NCBI GenBank assembly: GCA_946496065.1
Contig: CAMMFF010000002.1
Location: 35,916-99,915 of the forward strand
Length of the DNA stretch: 64,000 nucleotides
From: an uncultured Clostridia bacterium
GTDB taxonomy: Bacteria > Bacillota > Clostridia > Christensenellales > UBA1242
Direction: 5' to 3'
Position numbers and translations under genes: made by a program. The notes beneath the pieces were generated by a model. It was given only the letters and a program-made list of their open reading frames with translations, was not told the DNA's origin and did no database searches. Within the stretch, counting starts at the first letter, position 1, and each line of letters starts with the position of its first letter. Below, piece by piece: positions 37,523 through 52,500 of the stretch.

Positions 37523-40500
37523 TCAATTATAAGGTGAACCTGAGTAACCGAAACTACCACCTGAATTTATTATTTCACCACTCGTCCATGCCATTTTGTA
37601 AACTTTATTAACTGTGCACCAACTTCCGGCAAATCTATAAAAATATGCATCTGTCTGTGTACTTACATAAATTTTACTTACTGCAACCTGTCCACCAGCA
37701 ATAATTTCATCACCAGAGCCACCACCAGCACCACCAACAAGAGTTGCATTTGTTGTGCTAAAATCAATTTCACTAATTGCGGATTCAATCAACTCACTCT
37801 GCATTTCTCTATAAGATGCTGGAGTTTCCATTGCGCCACCTTCTCTAATATTTCTATAATACTCATCACTCTGTGTAATGAAAGTTGAATCATACATAAA
37901 TCCATATCCAATACCATAATTTCTCAATTCTGATGGGGTTACACCAGTATTATTGCTTCCATCTTCTCCAGCACCACCGCCATTACTACTTCCGCCGCCG
38001 CCAGAAGAGTAAAGAGTGCCATTAATAATTCTTCCAAATCCTCCAATTCCTCCATTGCCGCCACAAGATTTATCTGATTTGGAATTTTGTTTCAACCCAT
38101 TTTCTATAGTGTCAGATCCGTCTTTTGTCAATTCTGCAGAATCGGTTGGTGTGGAACCTCTTTTGCCACCGCCACCGCCGCCAAGAGCTTTGTTGCTGGC
38201 AGTATCAAAATTACCATTTTCTCCGTTACCACCATTTCCAGCAACACCATTTATGCCTAGTCTATAATATCCATCAAATGTTTCGCTTTGAATGGTAATA
38301 CTGCCTCCAATTCCACTAGAATCACCACCATTTCCGGTATCGCCAGCATTTTTACCATCAAGCCCATCATTTCCGTTACCACCATTTCCGGCAATGAGAA
38401 TATTAGATGAATTATATTCAAATGGAATATTTTCTTCCGTTTCTTTTTTCTCATTAGTTATAGCTTTATTGTTAACCATAACATTATCAATAAGCTTTGT
38501 TGAGACATTGCTGTCACTTTCAGAATCCAAGCCAGTCATTACCACGTAACTATTTATTTTTAATGTTGCAATATTATTTGCGTTTGTACTTATAGTTGAA
38601 CGAACACTAATATTACCAGATTCTGCATTGATATTTCTTATATTACCAAACAAACTTACATTTAAAATATTTGCATTGTTGCTAAGTGTCAACATTGACA
38701 AATTGTCACTTGACGCTGACAGTGCAGAAACAATACCTATAATATTTAAATTTTTAATATCTTTATTATTCGTGGCGAACAACGATATCTCTGTTCCATT
38801 ATTTCCGTCACTTATATATGTAATGTTATACCCATTACCAATGATGACCTTTGTATTTTCTTTAAAGGTCAAAACTCCCAAACTAATATCATCTGCCATA
38901 ATAATATATTCAAAAGATTGTTCGCTTTTTTCACTTGCAGTTGGAAGAATCACTGTTGCTTCTATTGATTTTCTATATCTGTAATAATAATATTGAGGAG
39001 TATAAGTAGAAGCATCAATTCTTGTTGTGTCTGATTTTTGCCAACGATTTTCATTTTCAACACGATACTCAAAAGTCCCCGCATTCACGGCATCTGTACA
39101 ATTCAAAAACTCTTCATTTTTAGAATAAGTGTTAATCTTATAAGAATCCTCTGCCTTAATATATGTTGTGCCTGTAAATTTAATCGAATCAAAAGGATCA
39201 TTATCTTCAACACCATTACTATCTAAATTATTTCTTGCAAACAAAAGTGTGTTTTCGTCAAAATAAGCACAAATTAAGTCAACATAAATGCACTTAAATG
39301 AGCCACCCAGAGGTTTTATTGTTTCATTAGGTGTATAAGAACTAAAGCGATCCAAAACTAAAGTTTCTGTTGTTTTTTTCCATGTGAAACCATTGTTATC
39401 ATCATAGTTTATTGCTGTATAAACATCCATCTCATTATTTAACATCTTTTCCAAATTGGTGACAAATTTTCTAGAATTTCTCCATTTGTCTCCCTGTCCA
39501 ATAGAACTGGTATTTGTCAAATAGTATTCGACAGATATCGTTCCACAACTATAAATTTTATATTTATAACTATATGCTGAAGCAGTGTCTTGAAAATTTC
39601 CACCTTCTGTACAATAATAAGTTTCTTTTTGGTTACAAATAGGACATGTTTCTGTACCAGAGGTTATAACATAATTATAAGTATAATCATATGTAGAAAG
39701 TGCACTTTCTTTTATATTATAAGTATAGGATATTGTGCTATTTAATTGTTTCGTTCCATTTGCATTACTGATCAAATATCCCGTCTCGCCTTTGCTTGCA
39801 TCAATATTTTTTGTAGTCTCAGTCATCAATATCGAGAACTTGTCGATTTGCGAAATAGTTGCTTCATTAAGAGTAATTGTATCATTATTCCTTAAATAGC
39901 CTTGAGTAACAACCTTATTGACATTTTGACTTGACATAGTCAATTCATATCCAGCATCTTCTCCTAAGTTTTTCAAAGTGCCATTTGTAATTTTATAAGT
40001 ATAAGTTACTTCTTGAATAACAAAATCCATACCTAATAGTGTGTTTGTTATTCTTCTAACGCCATTTCCTTCTGGTTCATTGTTGAAATCTGATCCATGA
40101 TAATATCCATCAGCCCCAAAATTTCCATTATCTATTGCAGATGAATTATAACTAAATTCTATATTATTTTGACTTTCTGTATCAGAATGAGCTCTTAAAC
40201 GATACCAGATTTCAGAATTAATTCTATCATAATAAATCTTAAAATTAGCAATGCTTTCAAAGAAACTTCCCAACTCTGTTGTATAATCTTTTAATAAATC
40301 AGAATCAGAATTTTCATCAATTACCACTTCTTCGCCACTGGAAATATCAGCTTTTCTAACATATAAATATGGAACATCGCCTTCATATGCTATTTCAAAT
40401 TTATAGCCATCAACTATATCATTATTGATTTTAAGCACTGAGTTTTCGTAATGAACATCAAAAATGTTTTCAACTCCAAGAGCAAATCTTGATCTAGAAC

Positions 40501-43500
40501 CATAATCATTCAAAACTTGAGCTAACGAAATTTTTATTCCAGTAACATAATTAAGTCCATCTTTTGTTGTAATTATGGTTGTATAAGCATTGCTTGCCAT
40601 ATTAATTGTACTTTCACTATACCCAACAAATCTGGCAGTTTCAGTGTCGTCATCATTAACAATTGAAAATTCAGCATTTCTTTCTACTAGATTTATTGAA
40701 CCTGTGAAGTCAATTTCATATTTTTCCTCTTTGGTTATAGTAATAGACAATAATTTGTTGTCAAATTCATTTAAATTGCCTCTGCATGTAAGATAAATAC
40801 CATTATCATCGTAAGATAATTTTAAATTCGATAAGTTTGTATCTCCCACTTTTGCAACAACAGTATAATTTCCACTAGTTGCAGAATTATTAATTTCATC
40901 TATTGTACTTGTCAACAGACCAATCTGTCCACTATCGTCTTCAAGTTTAACCTTTATTTGTCCTCCACTTAATGTTACATTATTCTTCCCTAATAAAATT
41001 GATTGTTCGGCAATTCTATAATTCATTGTATAACTAATGTTACCAGAAACTTCCCTATCAAAATACAGTTCAAAGTTTATTTTGACATAGTCACCCTCAG
41101 AATCTGCATTTCCAGAAGCATCTGTTCTTTCAAAATCAATTATAGAAAACTGTGGAGAAACATTAACACCATTCACCAAAACATTTCCAATGGTAAAATT
41201 ATTCTTAGAAAGGTTATTATAATCAATTTTATTGCTTGAAATATTCAATATTGATGATGCTTCATATTTGAATGGTGCATAAACTGTTTTAATATTTGCA
41301 GAGTTATAAACAACTGCCGCATTTTCTCCGTTAACAGTGAAATATTTCATAGAACTGCCATTTTCTTTATTTGATTGTATTTGTTCTATTTGATCTTCAG
41401 CTAGTTCTTTAATTGATTGATTTATATTTTCATCATTTCCATCCAAATATTCGTTAGAATTTCTATAAACAACACCATTAGAACACCCAACAACTCCATT
41501 AACAAAACTTTCATCTTCAACGCTTAATAATTCATCATATCTCGTAAAGACAACAGATTCATAATATGTTGTAGATGATGCCATTGTATATATATCATCA
41601 TTAAATATACTATTAAAATCACTGTCTGCTCTGCTAAAATTAATTTTCATATTAGATTCAGTTGCTTTTCCATTACTTAAATCATAAATTCCTCTATAAT
41701 ATGAATAGTTAGGTTTATTACCCCAATACGGATAAGATGTTTCAGCATTACCATAACCATCTTGTTGTTTTTCATTATATGCAATTTCATTCACATATCC
41801 ACTTTTGTCTCCAAATGTACCAAATCCAACATATCGTCTTGTAATCTGATCCTGCATATAAATACGTGATGCATATCCATAAGAATCATAAGCATTTATA
41901 TAAATATCTTCTTTGTCATCATCTCCCTTATCAATAGAATAAATAGCTTCATAATCACCATTACCATCCAATATAGTTTTTCTATCAAATGTCAGTTTTT
42001 CCGTTAAAACAATTTTCCCAAGATTACCATCGTTTTTAATATTATTTGTACTTGAAGCACTATCGGTTATATCACTACCTTCCATTAAATAACCAACACC
42101 AAATGCAAAAACTTGTCTAACTGCATTCGGATTATATGTTAAAGTTACATTATAAACCAATGGATCAGGATTATTGCTATATTCGGTTGTTTCTTCAACT
42201 CCACTATCTTTTTTTACAGTAATTTCATATTTGTTTTTATCATTAGTCTCTGCTTTCCCAATTGCTTGAACTGGGCCGTCATTCACACATGATGAAACAG
42301 TCGTGTATTCTCCATAGCCAACAATTCCTCCGGCCATTGAGAATGTGCTGCTCGTGTTTCCTGCACCGACCAAACCAGTGTTGTAGTTATTTTCCAAAGT
42401 TACTTTCGAATCAGTTGCTCCAGCAGTATACCCAACAATTCCTCCGGCAACCACATTTTTTGAATCAGATATAGTATATTGACTTAAAACTGCGTTTGTG
42501 TTATATGAGCTTGAAATTGTTGTTCCACTTTCTGCATAACCAACAATTCCTCCGGCAATACCATTCAAACTTGTTGTATTTTTGCCATCTCCCAACTTAT
42601 CAGTTTGGATGTATTGATAAGGAGAAGCAGCAATGTTTGCACCTGACACTGTGTTTTTATTACTATCATATTTTGTTAATATATTTGTTGAACTATCAAC
42701 AGTTTGAATAATTTGCCCATTATTTGAAGCATATTCAATTTTTCCGCTAACACTTTCTCCATTAACAGTCCCGTTTGCCAAATATCCAACAACGCCACCA
42801 ACGATGGAATTTTTTGAAGTAGAGATATTAACAACAGCATCAACATTGGAAGCTGTTCCTTCCAAAACACCAACAATCCCGCCAATGTATTTTGTTGATG
42901 ACTCATTAGTAATTTCACCATTTACACTAACATTATCAATATTGCCTTCAAAAACATTAGCCAAAATTCCAAATATTTCACTATTTGGTTTATCAATGTT
43001 TGCATTTGAAATTCTTAAATTTCTAACTTCTCCAATAAAAGTACCAAAAAGTCCAGAAGTTGATGTACCTGAAAGGTCAAGAGTAACATTTTGTCCGTCA
43101 ATAACTAAATTATAATTAGGATCTCCTAAATTTTTTCCCACTTCCGATACAACAAAACTATATCTTAAAACAAACTTATAGTCTTGATCGTAATTTGTAT
43201 TTTGGTTTGCCCCATCTACAACATTGTATTCCACTGTGTCATACATTTGGTCAAATTTACCTTGGTTAAGAACGCCCATATACCAATTGCTATTTTCTCC
43301 ACCATAGGTATCACCATTACTGATTATTTCATCATAAGTAATAGGATTATATTCCCTAGTAGTAACAGTATTTGAATCTTCCCCAATTGTCGTTTCTATC
43401 AACTCATATGTAGTAGTATTTTTCAAATAACCAAAACCATGGGAAGCATAACCATAGTTCACATAACGATTAAAATACCATGTGTGTAAGGTTTGTAATT

Positions 43501-46500
43501 TCTCATCTTTATTCCCAATAATCAAAGAATTCTGTGAAATTCCATTAACAGTTGTTTCTGTTTCACCTTCACCTGTTTTGTATCCATAATAAGGAATTGA
43601 GAGACTATCCATTTCATATGGAGTTCCATACTCATTATCCAAAACTTCATTGCTTCCGCTAATTACATTGCTAATAACATTGAGTCCTGTGCTTTCACTT
43701 TCAGAATTAAATTCATTAATAAATGAAGATTTGTGTTCAAACTCAGAACCTAAGGCATTATTTCTCTTAATCTGAGAAATTGAATAGCAATCCATAACAT
43801 CAGCACTAGTTGTTGAAGCATTATTGTTCCCACTATTTGCAAATGTATAAATGTCCACATCAACATATGTTTCCAAAAGTCCAGAAGAATATGTTGATTT
43901 GATTGTCGTGTTTTGGTCTGCCATATTTGCAATTCCAGACAAAATTCCACCTTCGGATGCTCTGTAAGTGATGTCAGCGTCAACATAACTTTCACTGATT
44001 GATCCATTTAACATGAGACCAGCCATACCACCAAGATGGAGTTGCGAATTTTCTCCACCAACTGAAAGTTCTCCTTTGACTCCAACACCATAAATGAATG
44101 AACTGCCTTTCATTGTGCCAGCAACACCACCGTATGCGGTATATGATTTGCCAGTTTCACCATTGACATCAGCTGAGGAAATTTCCAAATTCATAATAAG
44201 TCCTGCAACAACATTGAAGTTTGGTTTTTGATCTTTCAATTTTTCAGAATCACTTGTATCAAAACCTTCACCCATATTGTTGATAAGAGCACCATAACCA
44301 AGCGCTTTATTAGTGTCTGTATTTGTTGAAGAATATACATTATCATCCGTTCTGGTGATGATGTGTCCATTTCCGATTATTGCATAATTTTTCAAATTGT
44401 CAGCAATTGGTCTTGATGTTGAAACATTTTCGGTAACTGCAACCCAAGTAATGTTATGCAAACTTCCTTCAATTGTCACAAAATAATCTTCGTCGTCATC
44501 ATCACTTACTTTGATTTGGTTATTTTCATTGCTTTGACTCCATTCATATGGACTCAATTTATGTCCATTAACAATATTATTGAAGTCGATGCCTTTGTCT
44601 TGGAATCCATCCAAAATGTTTTCATTAGAATATAGATTTGAACTATTAGCCCCCGTATTATCAGTGCCTTCACCTGGAGTTCCTTCGCGTTGAGTGTCAT
44701 AAATGTTTGTATAACCATAATAATTGTCTGTTACACTGCCATATGCTATATCTTGATTTCCAGACTCTTCTTGATATGCCATACAAACAGAAGAATTATA
44801 TTTGTTTCCAGAGAATTGAACAATCGAACTATTTGCTCCAACAATGGCATTTGTATTTGATATTAAACTTGTTTTTTTGTTTTCGTCTTCCGACAAGCCA
44901 TTCTCATCTTCAGCCAATCTTTCATTGAAGGACGTCATAAGAGAATAACAGTTGCTTACTGCTATGTATGAACCTTTTCCAACAATTCCGCCAAAATTGT
45001 AAGTTGCCAATCTAGAATTATAAGAATAAGAGCCCTGTGTATTTTTTATGCCATTTGAAAGATAATTAACAAACACATCACCATATGTGTAACAATTCGA
45101 AATTGTATAGTACCTAACAGAATTTAAAGTATCATTTTCTAAAGAAGTCGTGTTGTTATATTCACCAACAATACCGCCTACAGTGACATTCTCTGGCAAG
45201 TTATATGTCTTATCATCTTTTTCTTGTCCATAAATCTTGACAGCACCACCATAGATAACTCCCGAGATTGTGATAGCTTTGTCTTGATTTGTGTAATCTT
45301 CTCTTTCAATGTAACCTATTGCACCACCAAAGGTTAAATCTTTAACAGAAGCCAAAACCGTTCCGTTATATTGCAAATATATTTGCGAAGTGTTAACTGA
45401 AGATGAAGCTGGATTTCCATTTCCTCCATTTTCTCCGTCAACATTTGTCATTTTTCCAACAAGTCCGCCAATATAAGCATGAGCATGAGCATTCACTGAT
45501 GCCAAATCAGGTTCTTTAACAGATATATTTATGTCATTAACCATTGATGAATTAACAATCAATGCTCCAGTTGTCTGACCGATAACTCCACCTAAATACA
45601 CTTCTTTATCAGCTTCAGTTAGATTTTTTGTTGTTGCTTCTTTACCAATTTGAACATCAATATTTCCAGAAACGTTGCAACTTCCTGTCACAGTGATTGT
45701 TGCACCACTGACATAGCCAAAGAATCCACCTATATTGCCTATATCAATTACATCAGCGTTATTTTCTGTTTCAATGATGAATGGAGTAAGTCCAGCTACA
45801 TCTGTTTCTTGATTGTTGTAAGAATACAAGTTCTGGTCAAACAAAGTCTCGCCCGTATCTTCGTCAACGACGTAATCATTTGCCACACTTGCGAGATCAT
45901 TCTTCTTTCCAACACTGAAATCAATTGAAAAGCTTTGAATTGAAGTTGAAGAATTTACAGATCCAGCAATACCTCCAATATATGTTTGTTTGCTTGTAAC
46001 ATCTCCAACTTGATATACACCACCAGACAAAGCAACCGCACTGGTTCCTGTATTGGAAATTGTTAAATAAGAATTCACAATATTTCCAAATGCAACACCA
46101 GCATAAAGGCTGTCAACATTTGACTGTTGATTAATGTCCAATGCATTGATTGAACCAGAATTTTCGTCACTATTTATCAATTCAACTGCATCTACCGCTT
46201 CAATCTCTCCAGCAAATCCTCCAATATAAGCTTTCTTAGTGCCATCTGCATCTATATCGAAATTCAAATTTACATTTCCAACATTAGAAAGTCCCAAAGA
46301 TATTCTCGCTCTTCCTGTTCCTTTTGTAATCTTACCAGCATAAAGACCAGCATACAAACTTACGCTAACACTTGATTCTGAAGAATCATCTACAGAAAAA
46401 TCAATATTTGATTTTGCAGGCTCTTCGTCATCTTCTGCACCTTCATGCGCAATTTGAATTCCTTGAATATTAATTTGATTAAATGCTGAAGTTTGTTCAA

Positions 46501-49500
46501 TATATCCTGCCAACAATCCCATATAAATCTCATAATCTTTGTCAGAACTTCCACCATGAGTGAATTCTATTTCAGCATCATTTCTAAGGTTGATTGTGAT
46601 GTTGATAAATGATGTTCCGTGAGCATCTCTAGCAATCAGACCACCACTATACGCAGTATCAGATCCAATTGTCATTGTTTCTGTGCTAATCTCAATGTTA
46701 TTATTTGCTGTTATTTTTACATCTCTTAAAATTGTATCACCGGCACCACCATCAATTAAAGTGTATTTAATCGCAGAATCCTCATTTTCGCAGAGATAGA
46801 AATTGATTCCCTCAACTGTAGCATTATCTGTCAATCCATCAAAGAAAGGTTTGTTGATGATGATTCCGACTTTGTCAGCAGCATTGGTACCTGAACCAGC
46901 ATATCCACCAACAACTGTTCCATCGGATTCAGTAACCTCCTCTGTAACCATGCCTTCAGTATTGCTGTTTGCATAATCATAATATGAAATCAAAGTCCCA
47001 TGGAATCCTGAGATAGCTTCAAAAACATGATTAACTTCATTGCTGTCCTTGTACCCATTTCTCAAATCAATATCCTTATATTCATTGGTATCCTTATCAA
47101 CTTTTCCTCTCAAAATAACCGTTACACTGCTGTTTTCCATTGCTTGTAAAACTTCATCAGTGTTATATTGATCCCAGAAAATTACATTAAGAACTGGCAA
47201 AAGTTGAATATGTGGGAAGAGATTCTCTTCAGTGTGTTCCCAATATTCTTCACTCCAACCATTTGCAAGGAAATAACTATACATCTTGGCATAAGCATTT
47301 GACATCGTTGTCATTGATTGATCACCAATTGATTCAACATCAACCAACGCATTATACAATTTTTCACTTGTTCCATCGTCCCAAGATGTAGTAAATCCAT
47401 AAGGTTTTAAACTGAGAGTTACACTGTTTGACCCAAGTTCAACATTAGTGTATCCACCCACGGTATTTGATTGATGAGTGCCATACTCGTAACCTTTTGA
47501 AATGTCCAAATAATAGTTTTCTGAGTCAATCAAATACAAACTTGTTCCAAAAACAACATCATCATTATCTATATTATTATTAACAGATGAAACAACTTTT
47601 CCAACAAGCATAAAATGTCTATCACTTACATAACCACCTTCATCTTCTGTGCTTGCAGTTCTGTCTCCAACCAATTTAGAACCATTGTATGAGTAGTAGT
47701 TAACTGCCAAAACATTTTTCAACGCAACAACTGAAATATGTCCATCTGAAGTTCTTTCAAGTGCTCCAATAATGCCTGCACTGTAACCATTTCCAGTGGT
47801 TGAATCGATGTAAACATCTCCTGAAGCATAAACATCATTAAGATAGACATTAACTTTTTGAACAGGGTCAAGGAAAGTTAAGTCATATTGTGTATCCTTG
47901 TATCCAGCCAAGCCAATGATTCCACCAACTGCCAGTGTGAAATCTGAATGAGAAATTACATTCAATTTGCTATATCCAATATAGATATATCCACCACCCA
48001 TATAACCAACAAGTCCACCAATATAAAGCGGATTGTTGATGTTTGAAGCATAACCTTCATCACTTGGGGTATAAGAGAAGATTGACTGTTGACCTCTTTC
48101 CGCAGCCGTATTTCCACTATAATAACCATTTTCTGCTTCTTCAATTGTGTTTTGCAACTCTGATGCATAACTTGCAGAAACTGCAAACAAACCACCATAG
48201 TTTTCACCAATCAAACCACCAGCGAAAAGATTCTTTGAAATGATGTAAGATGGTTTTGACAAATTCATATCTGCATCAAGTTCAAGTGTTGCATCATAGA
48301 CCATTGTTGAATTTCCAACATATCCAAAAAGTCCACCAGCAACCTCACCATAGATATTGACAGAGTCTGAAACATGAACTGTGACAATGTCATAATCACT
48401 AACTTCCAAAGAAGAAGAGAACAAAACTGTTTCAGCATTCAAAGAGTCATAAATGTCAACATAGCCAGCAATTGCTCCAGCATAAGAAATTCTTGAAACA
48501 TAAGTTGAAATGGAATTTCCATTTGATGCATAACCTCTAAGAGTTGAGCCAACATTGCCTTCGTTAGAATTAACTCCTTTGCCACTTAAATAGAAAGCAG
48601 AATAAACATCAATATCCACAACATTAATATCACTCATCTTGCTTTCGCCAAACAACATTCCGACAACACCACCAACAACATTATTTCCCAAAATTGATGT
48701 CTTTGAAGTTGTCTGTGTTGTGACAGGAGAAAGACTGATTGATATGATTCTTGAATCTACCGCTGTTCCAGCCAAAGTTCCAACAATATTTGCCCTTGAA
48801 TTGTGGATTGAATCAACTATCAAATCCAAATTCATAATGACAGCACCATCAAGTTTTGCAAACAAACCAAAGTTTTCTGCCACTTCACTGCTACCCAAAC
48901 TGATGTTGGAAATTGTGAAACCATTTCCATCAAAAAGACCAGTGAATGTTTTCTTGGTTGTCTGTAACTTGATTGAGTTGTCATTCTCTGAATTTTGGTC
49001 GATTTCAGACATATCAATGTTGTTTACAATTCTGTAATTTCCAAAAACTTCTGTGTCACTGTAATATTCTTTGTAAGAAGAGATTTCTGTTGCACCCGCT
49101 TTTCCAGTTGCCATCGCAAAGTCATAAGCACTTCTGATAATGATTGGGTTGTTGTCACTTCCATAAGACAAATCAACACTTCTCATTGTATCTGCATCAA
49201 TTATTGACCTGTTGTAGAAAATTGATGTAACAGAACCATTTGTCACAGCATAACGATTTGAGAAAGAAATTTGATTTGCACTTACAAGCGTCAATTTTTC
49301 AGAGTTGGAAACGCTCCAAATTCCATTGTATGCTCCAGGTTCAGAAGCAAAACTGAAACCATAGAAAGTGTCCTCATTCATGACATCGCTGACGGACAAT
49401 GCACCTGATGTCACATTGTTTTGATTCGTGTCATCAATAAGAGATTCATTATAGAAATATGAGAAACTGATTGTGCCATAGTTCAAAGAATTTGCATAAT

Positions 49501-52500
49501 CATCAACGCCAGAGAATTGCATTTGACTGATATCTGACTTTGTGATGTCACAGGCAGCGTAACACAGAGTAACTTCCGCACTTTCACTGTTTATGTAAAC
49601 AAATCCGGCAACCAACGATGCTTTTGACTCACTGTTTTCAATGGCAATGTTGGAATATGAATTTTTAATCAAAGCATCATTTTGATAAACAAATCCACCA
49701 ACAATACCAATAGATGTGATGTTTGACAAGTTGTTGTAGATAACAATCTTTCCATCATCTGAAAGTTCTTCACCCTTTCCTTCAACATAGCTTCCTTGAA
49801 TGTTGTTGTGGTTGTAAACAGCAAAACCAGCAGTCAATGATGTCGTTGAAGCCATATCGTTATAAATTTGAATATTGTCAGCGAATGAAGCACTGATATA
49901 ACCCGAAGAAGCATTGTCATTAACAAAACCAGAAACTTCTCCTTGTCCTCTCAAAACAAACAGATTCAAGTCTTGTGTCTTGAGATAATTTGCTCCAGCA
50001 ATATCAATGATTTGTCTGAAACTGTCTCCGCCAACTCTGCTGTTGGTGATTGAAGCATTATTTGTTATCACAAAACCAGAAACAAGGCTCTCAATTCCCA
50101 AAGAAGAAACTATTCCTGAAGTGATTTCGATAGGATCGGTGTTGGTTCCCATTGTGTATCTAACAACCAAACCAGTTTCTCCAGAAATTGAACTTGATTG
50201 ATATTCTTCATCATAATAAGCCAAAACTTCACTGTTGTAAATGATACCGTTGTTTTCAATTGCAAAACCAGCAATGTTAATGTCTGTGTATTGCGAAATA
50301 TTGACAGTAATCTGACCACCATTATAAATGTTTACCCTAACATTTTTCAATGTGGTGTTTTCTGTAACAGTATTAAACAACGCCAAATTCAGCGAACTTC
50401 CTTCAGGATAAGCAAAACTGTTGATGTGAATTGTGTAACCATTTCCGTCAAGACTGTCAATCAAATCTGTGTCAAGAGGAGTGTAGTCTGTCAAAACAAT
50501 ATCATTCATCAAGATGTAATCATCTGCTTGCTCAGAATTTGTTGCATAATCAATGAATTCATCTGCGGTAAAGATTTGAGTTGGAGTGTCTTCATCTGAC
50601 CAAACTTCAACAACAATCAAGAAGTAATAATCATAATACATCTCAATTCCTTGATATGTGATTGTTGTCCTAAGTTTCATCAACTGTCTTCCAGTTCTAA
50701 GACCAGTAACTGTCAAATAACTGTAAGGCGTTCCATCTTCATATCTACCTTCTGCTTCGTCGATTCTGAAAATGCCATTTTGAACAATTCCAGAACCATT
50801 GCAGATTGCAGTGGAGTTGTTTTCGTCTGTTGCATACCAAAGTTGATATTTCAATGAAATTTCTTCATAAACTCCGGTTTGTTCATTCAAATCATAGTTG
50901 ATGTAATATCCCACTTCTTCATCTTTGTATGTGTTGTTAAGTTCAAAGCGGGCTCTCTTTTCCATAATTGCTTCAACAGCTGCAACTTCACTGGCATCAT
51001 TTTGGTCATAATTATACGTTTCAGGGTCGAATGGATAATCAAAACTCAAAGTATCTGTCGCATTGATATACGAATAGAACACGTCATAAGTCTGTCCATT
51101 ATATGTTGAGGTTCCACCACTTGAAGAAACTTTGATATTGTTTCCATCAACAGAGAAATCAACCAAACAAATTGTTGCACGGCTTTCTTTGATTTCAGTA
51201 TTGTTGTTTACAACCCTCTTCACAGTTGCACAAACATAGAAGATTCCGCTGTCTTTGTTTTCCGTCAATTTTGCATCAACATACGCAGAAATTGTTGCCG
51301 TGTAAACCTTATATGTGTCAAATTCTTCCACAACGGCCGCAGAAAGACTAATATTTGCACCATTGTTTTGCAAATACAAATCTTCAAGTTCTTGATTTTT
51401 GTCAACTGTCACAGTAACAGTCGCGCTGCCACCCTTTGCAAGAACATATGTAGAAGCGCCATTAACTTTGATGTTTGCACTTTGCAAATAATCAATGTTA
51501 AGGTTATGGGTTCCTGAAATCAAAGGTGTATTTCCATTATAGTATGTCAAAGTAAACTGCAAAGAGCTTGATGTTTCAAAAGCACTTGAAACATAAACCC
51601 TGAAATAGAACACTCCATTTCCTGTTCTATCTTCATCAGTCAAAGTGACTTCAATTCCGTTTTCGATAAGTGAAGTAGAATTTGAGTTAATATAATATCC
51701 ATATCTAGAGTTGTAAGCAAGTTTAGAAATGTTTACAGTTCCTGTTGTTCCACTTCCGCCCGAAACAGAATATGTCAATCTAAACTTTGTCATCATAGCA
51801 TAAGCAGGATCAACAGTAACTGCTATAATTGCATCAGATGAAGGTGTCAAAGTGTTTGTAATTTCATCTGCAGGAATCAAATACAGAACAGAATTTCTGA
51901 TTTGTCTGCTTTCAATATTATAAGTTGAAATGCTGATATCCTCAATTTCTTGAGTCATAACAGTAAGCCCAACAGTTTTCAAATAATTTGTATTTGAAGA
52001 TTGACTTTCGGCATTGACCTTAAGAGTCAAATCATCATAAATTTGGTCAATCAAATGTTTGTTGGCATCATCAATTCTCACCCAAACTCTAAACGAGAAT
52101 CCAGTTTCTGTTGGTGTTCTTGTCCAAGAAACATTGAGTGTCAATTTGCTGTCAACAACAAACTTTGCAGCATATTCATCTGACGAAATTTCATTTGAAA
52201 TTTCAATTTCTCCATACTGCAAACCAAACACAAGGTTGTCATTTTCGGCGTCAGTTTCAAGAGAAACATCAAAAACAGCATATTGGGAAGGTTTAACAAT
52301 GAGATTTGTTGCATTGTTAATCACCAAAGATGTTGCTCCATTATAGACCGAAACGTCAAAATTTCTGTTTCTATTTGTTTTGATTGCATTTGAATAATCA
52401 CTATCATTTGCAACATCGTCAACGACAATGTATGCTTCAACTTCTGTGACATCACCATTTTCATGATTCTTATTTCCCAAAAGTGTCAAGGAGTTATTGC

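Noticed and set aside
38016-38549. Proline-rich plus-strand ORFs (for example PNPPIPPLPP..., PPPPPPRALL).
   Set aside because: They are the mirror image of the Gly-codon (GGN) runs in the giant protein's C-terminal module, so they are an antisense artefact.
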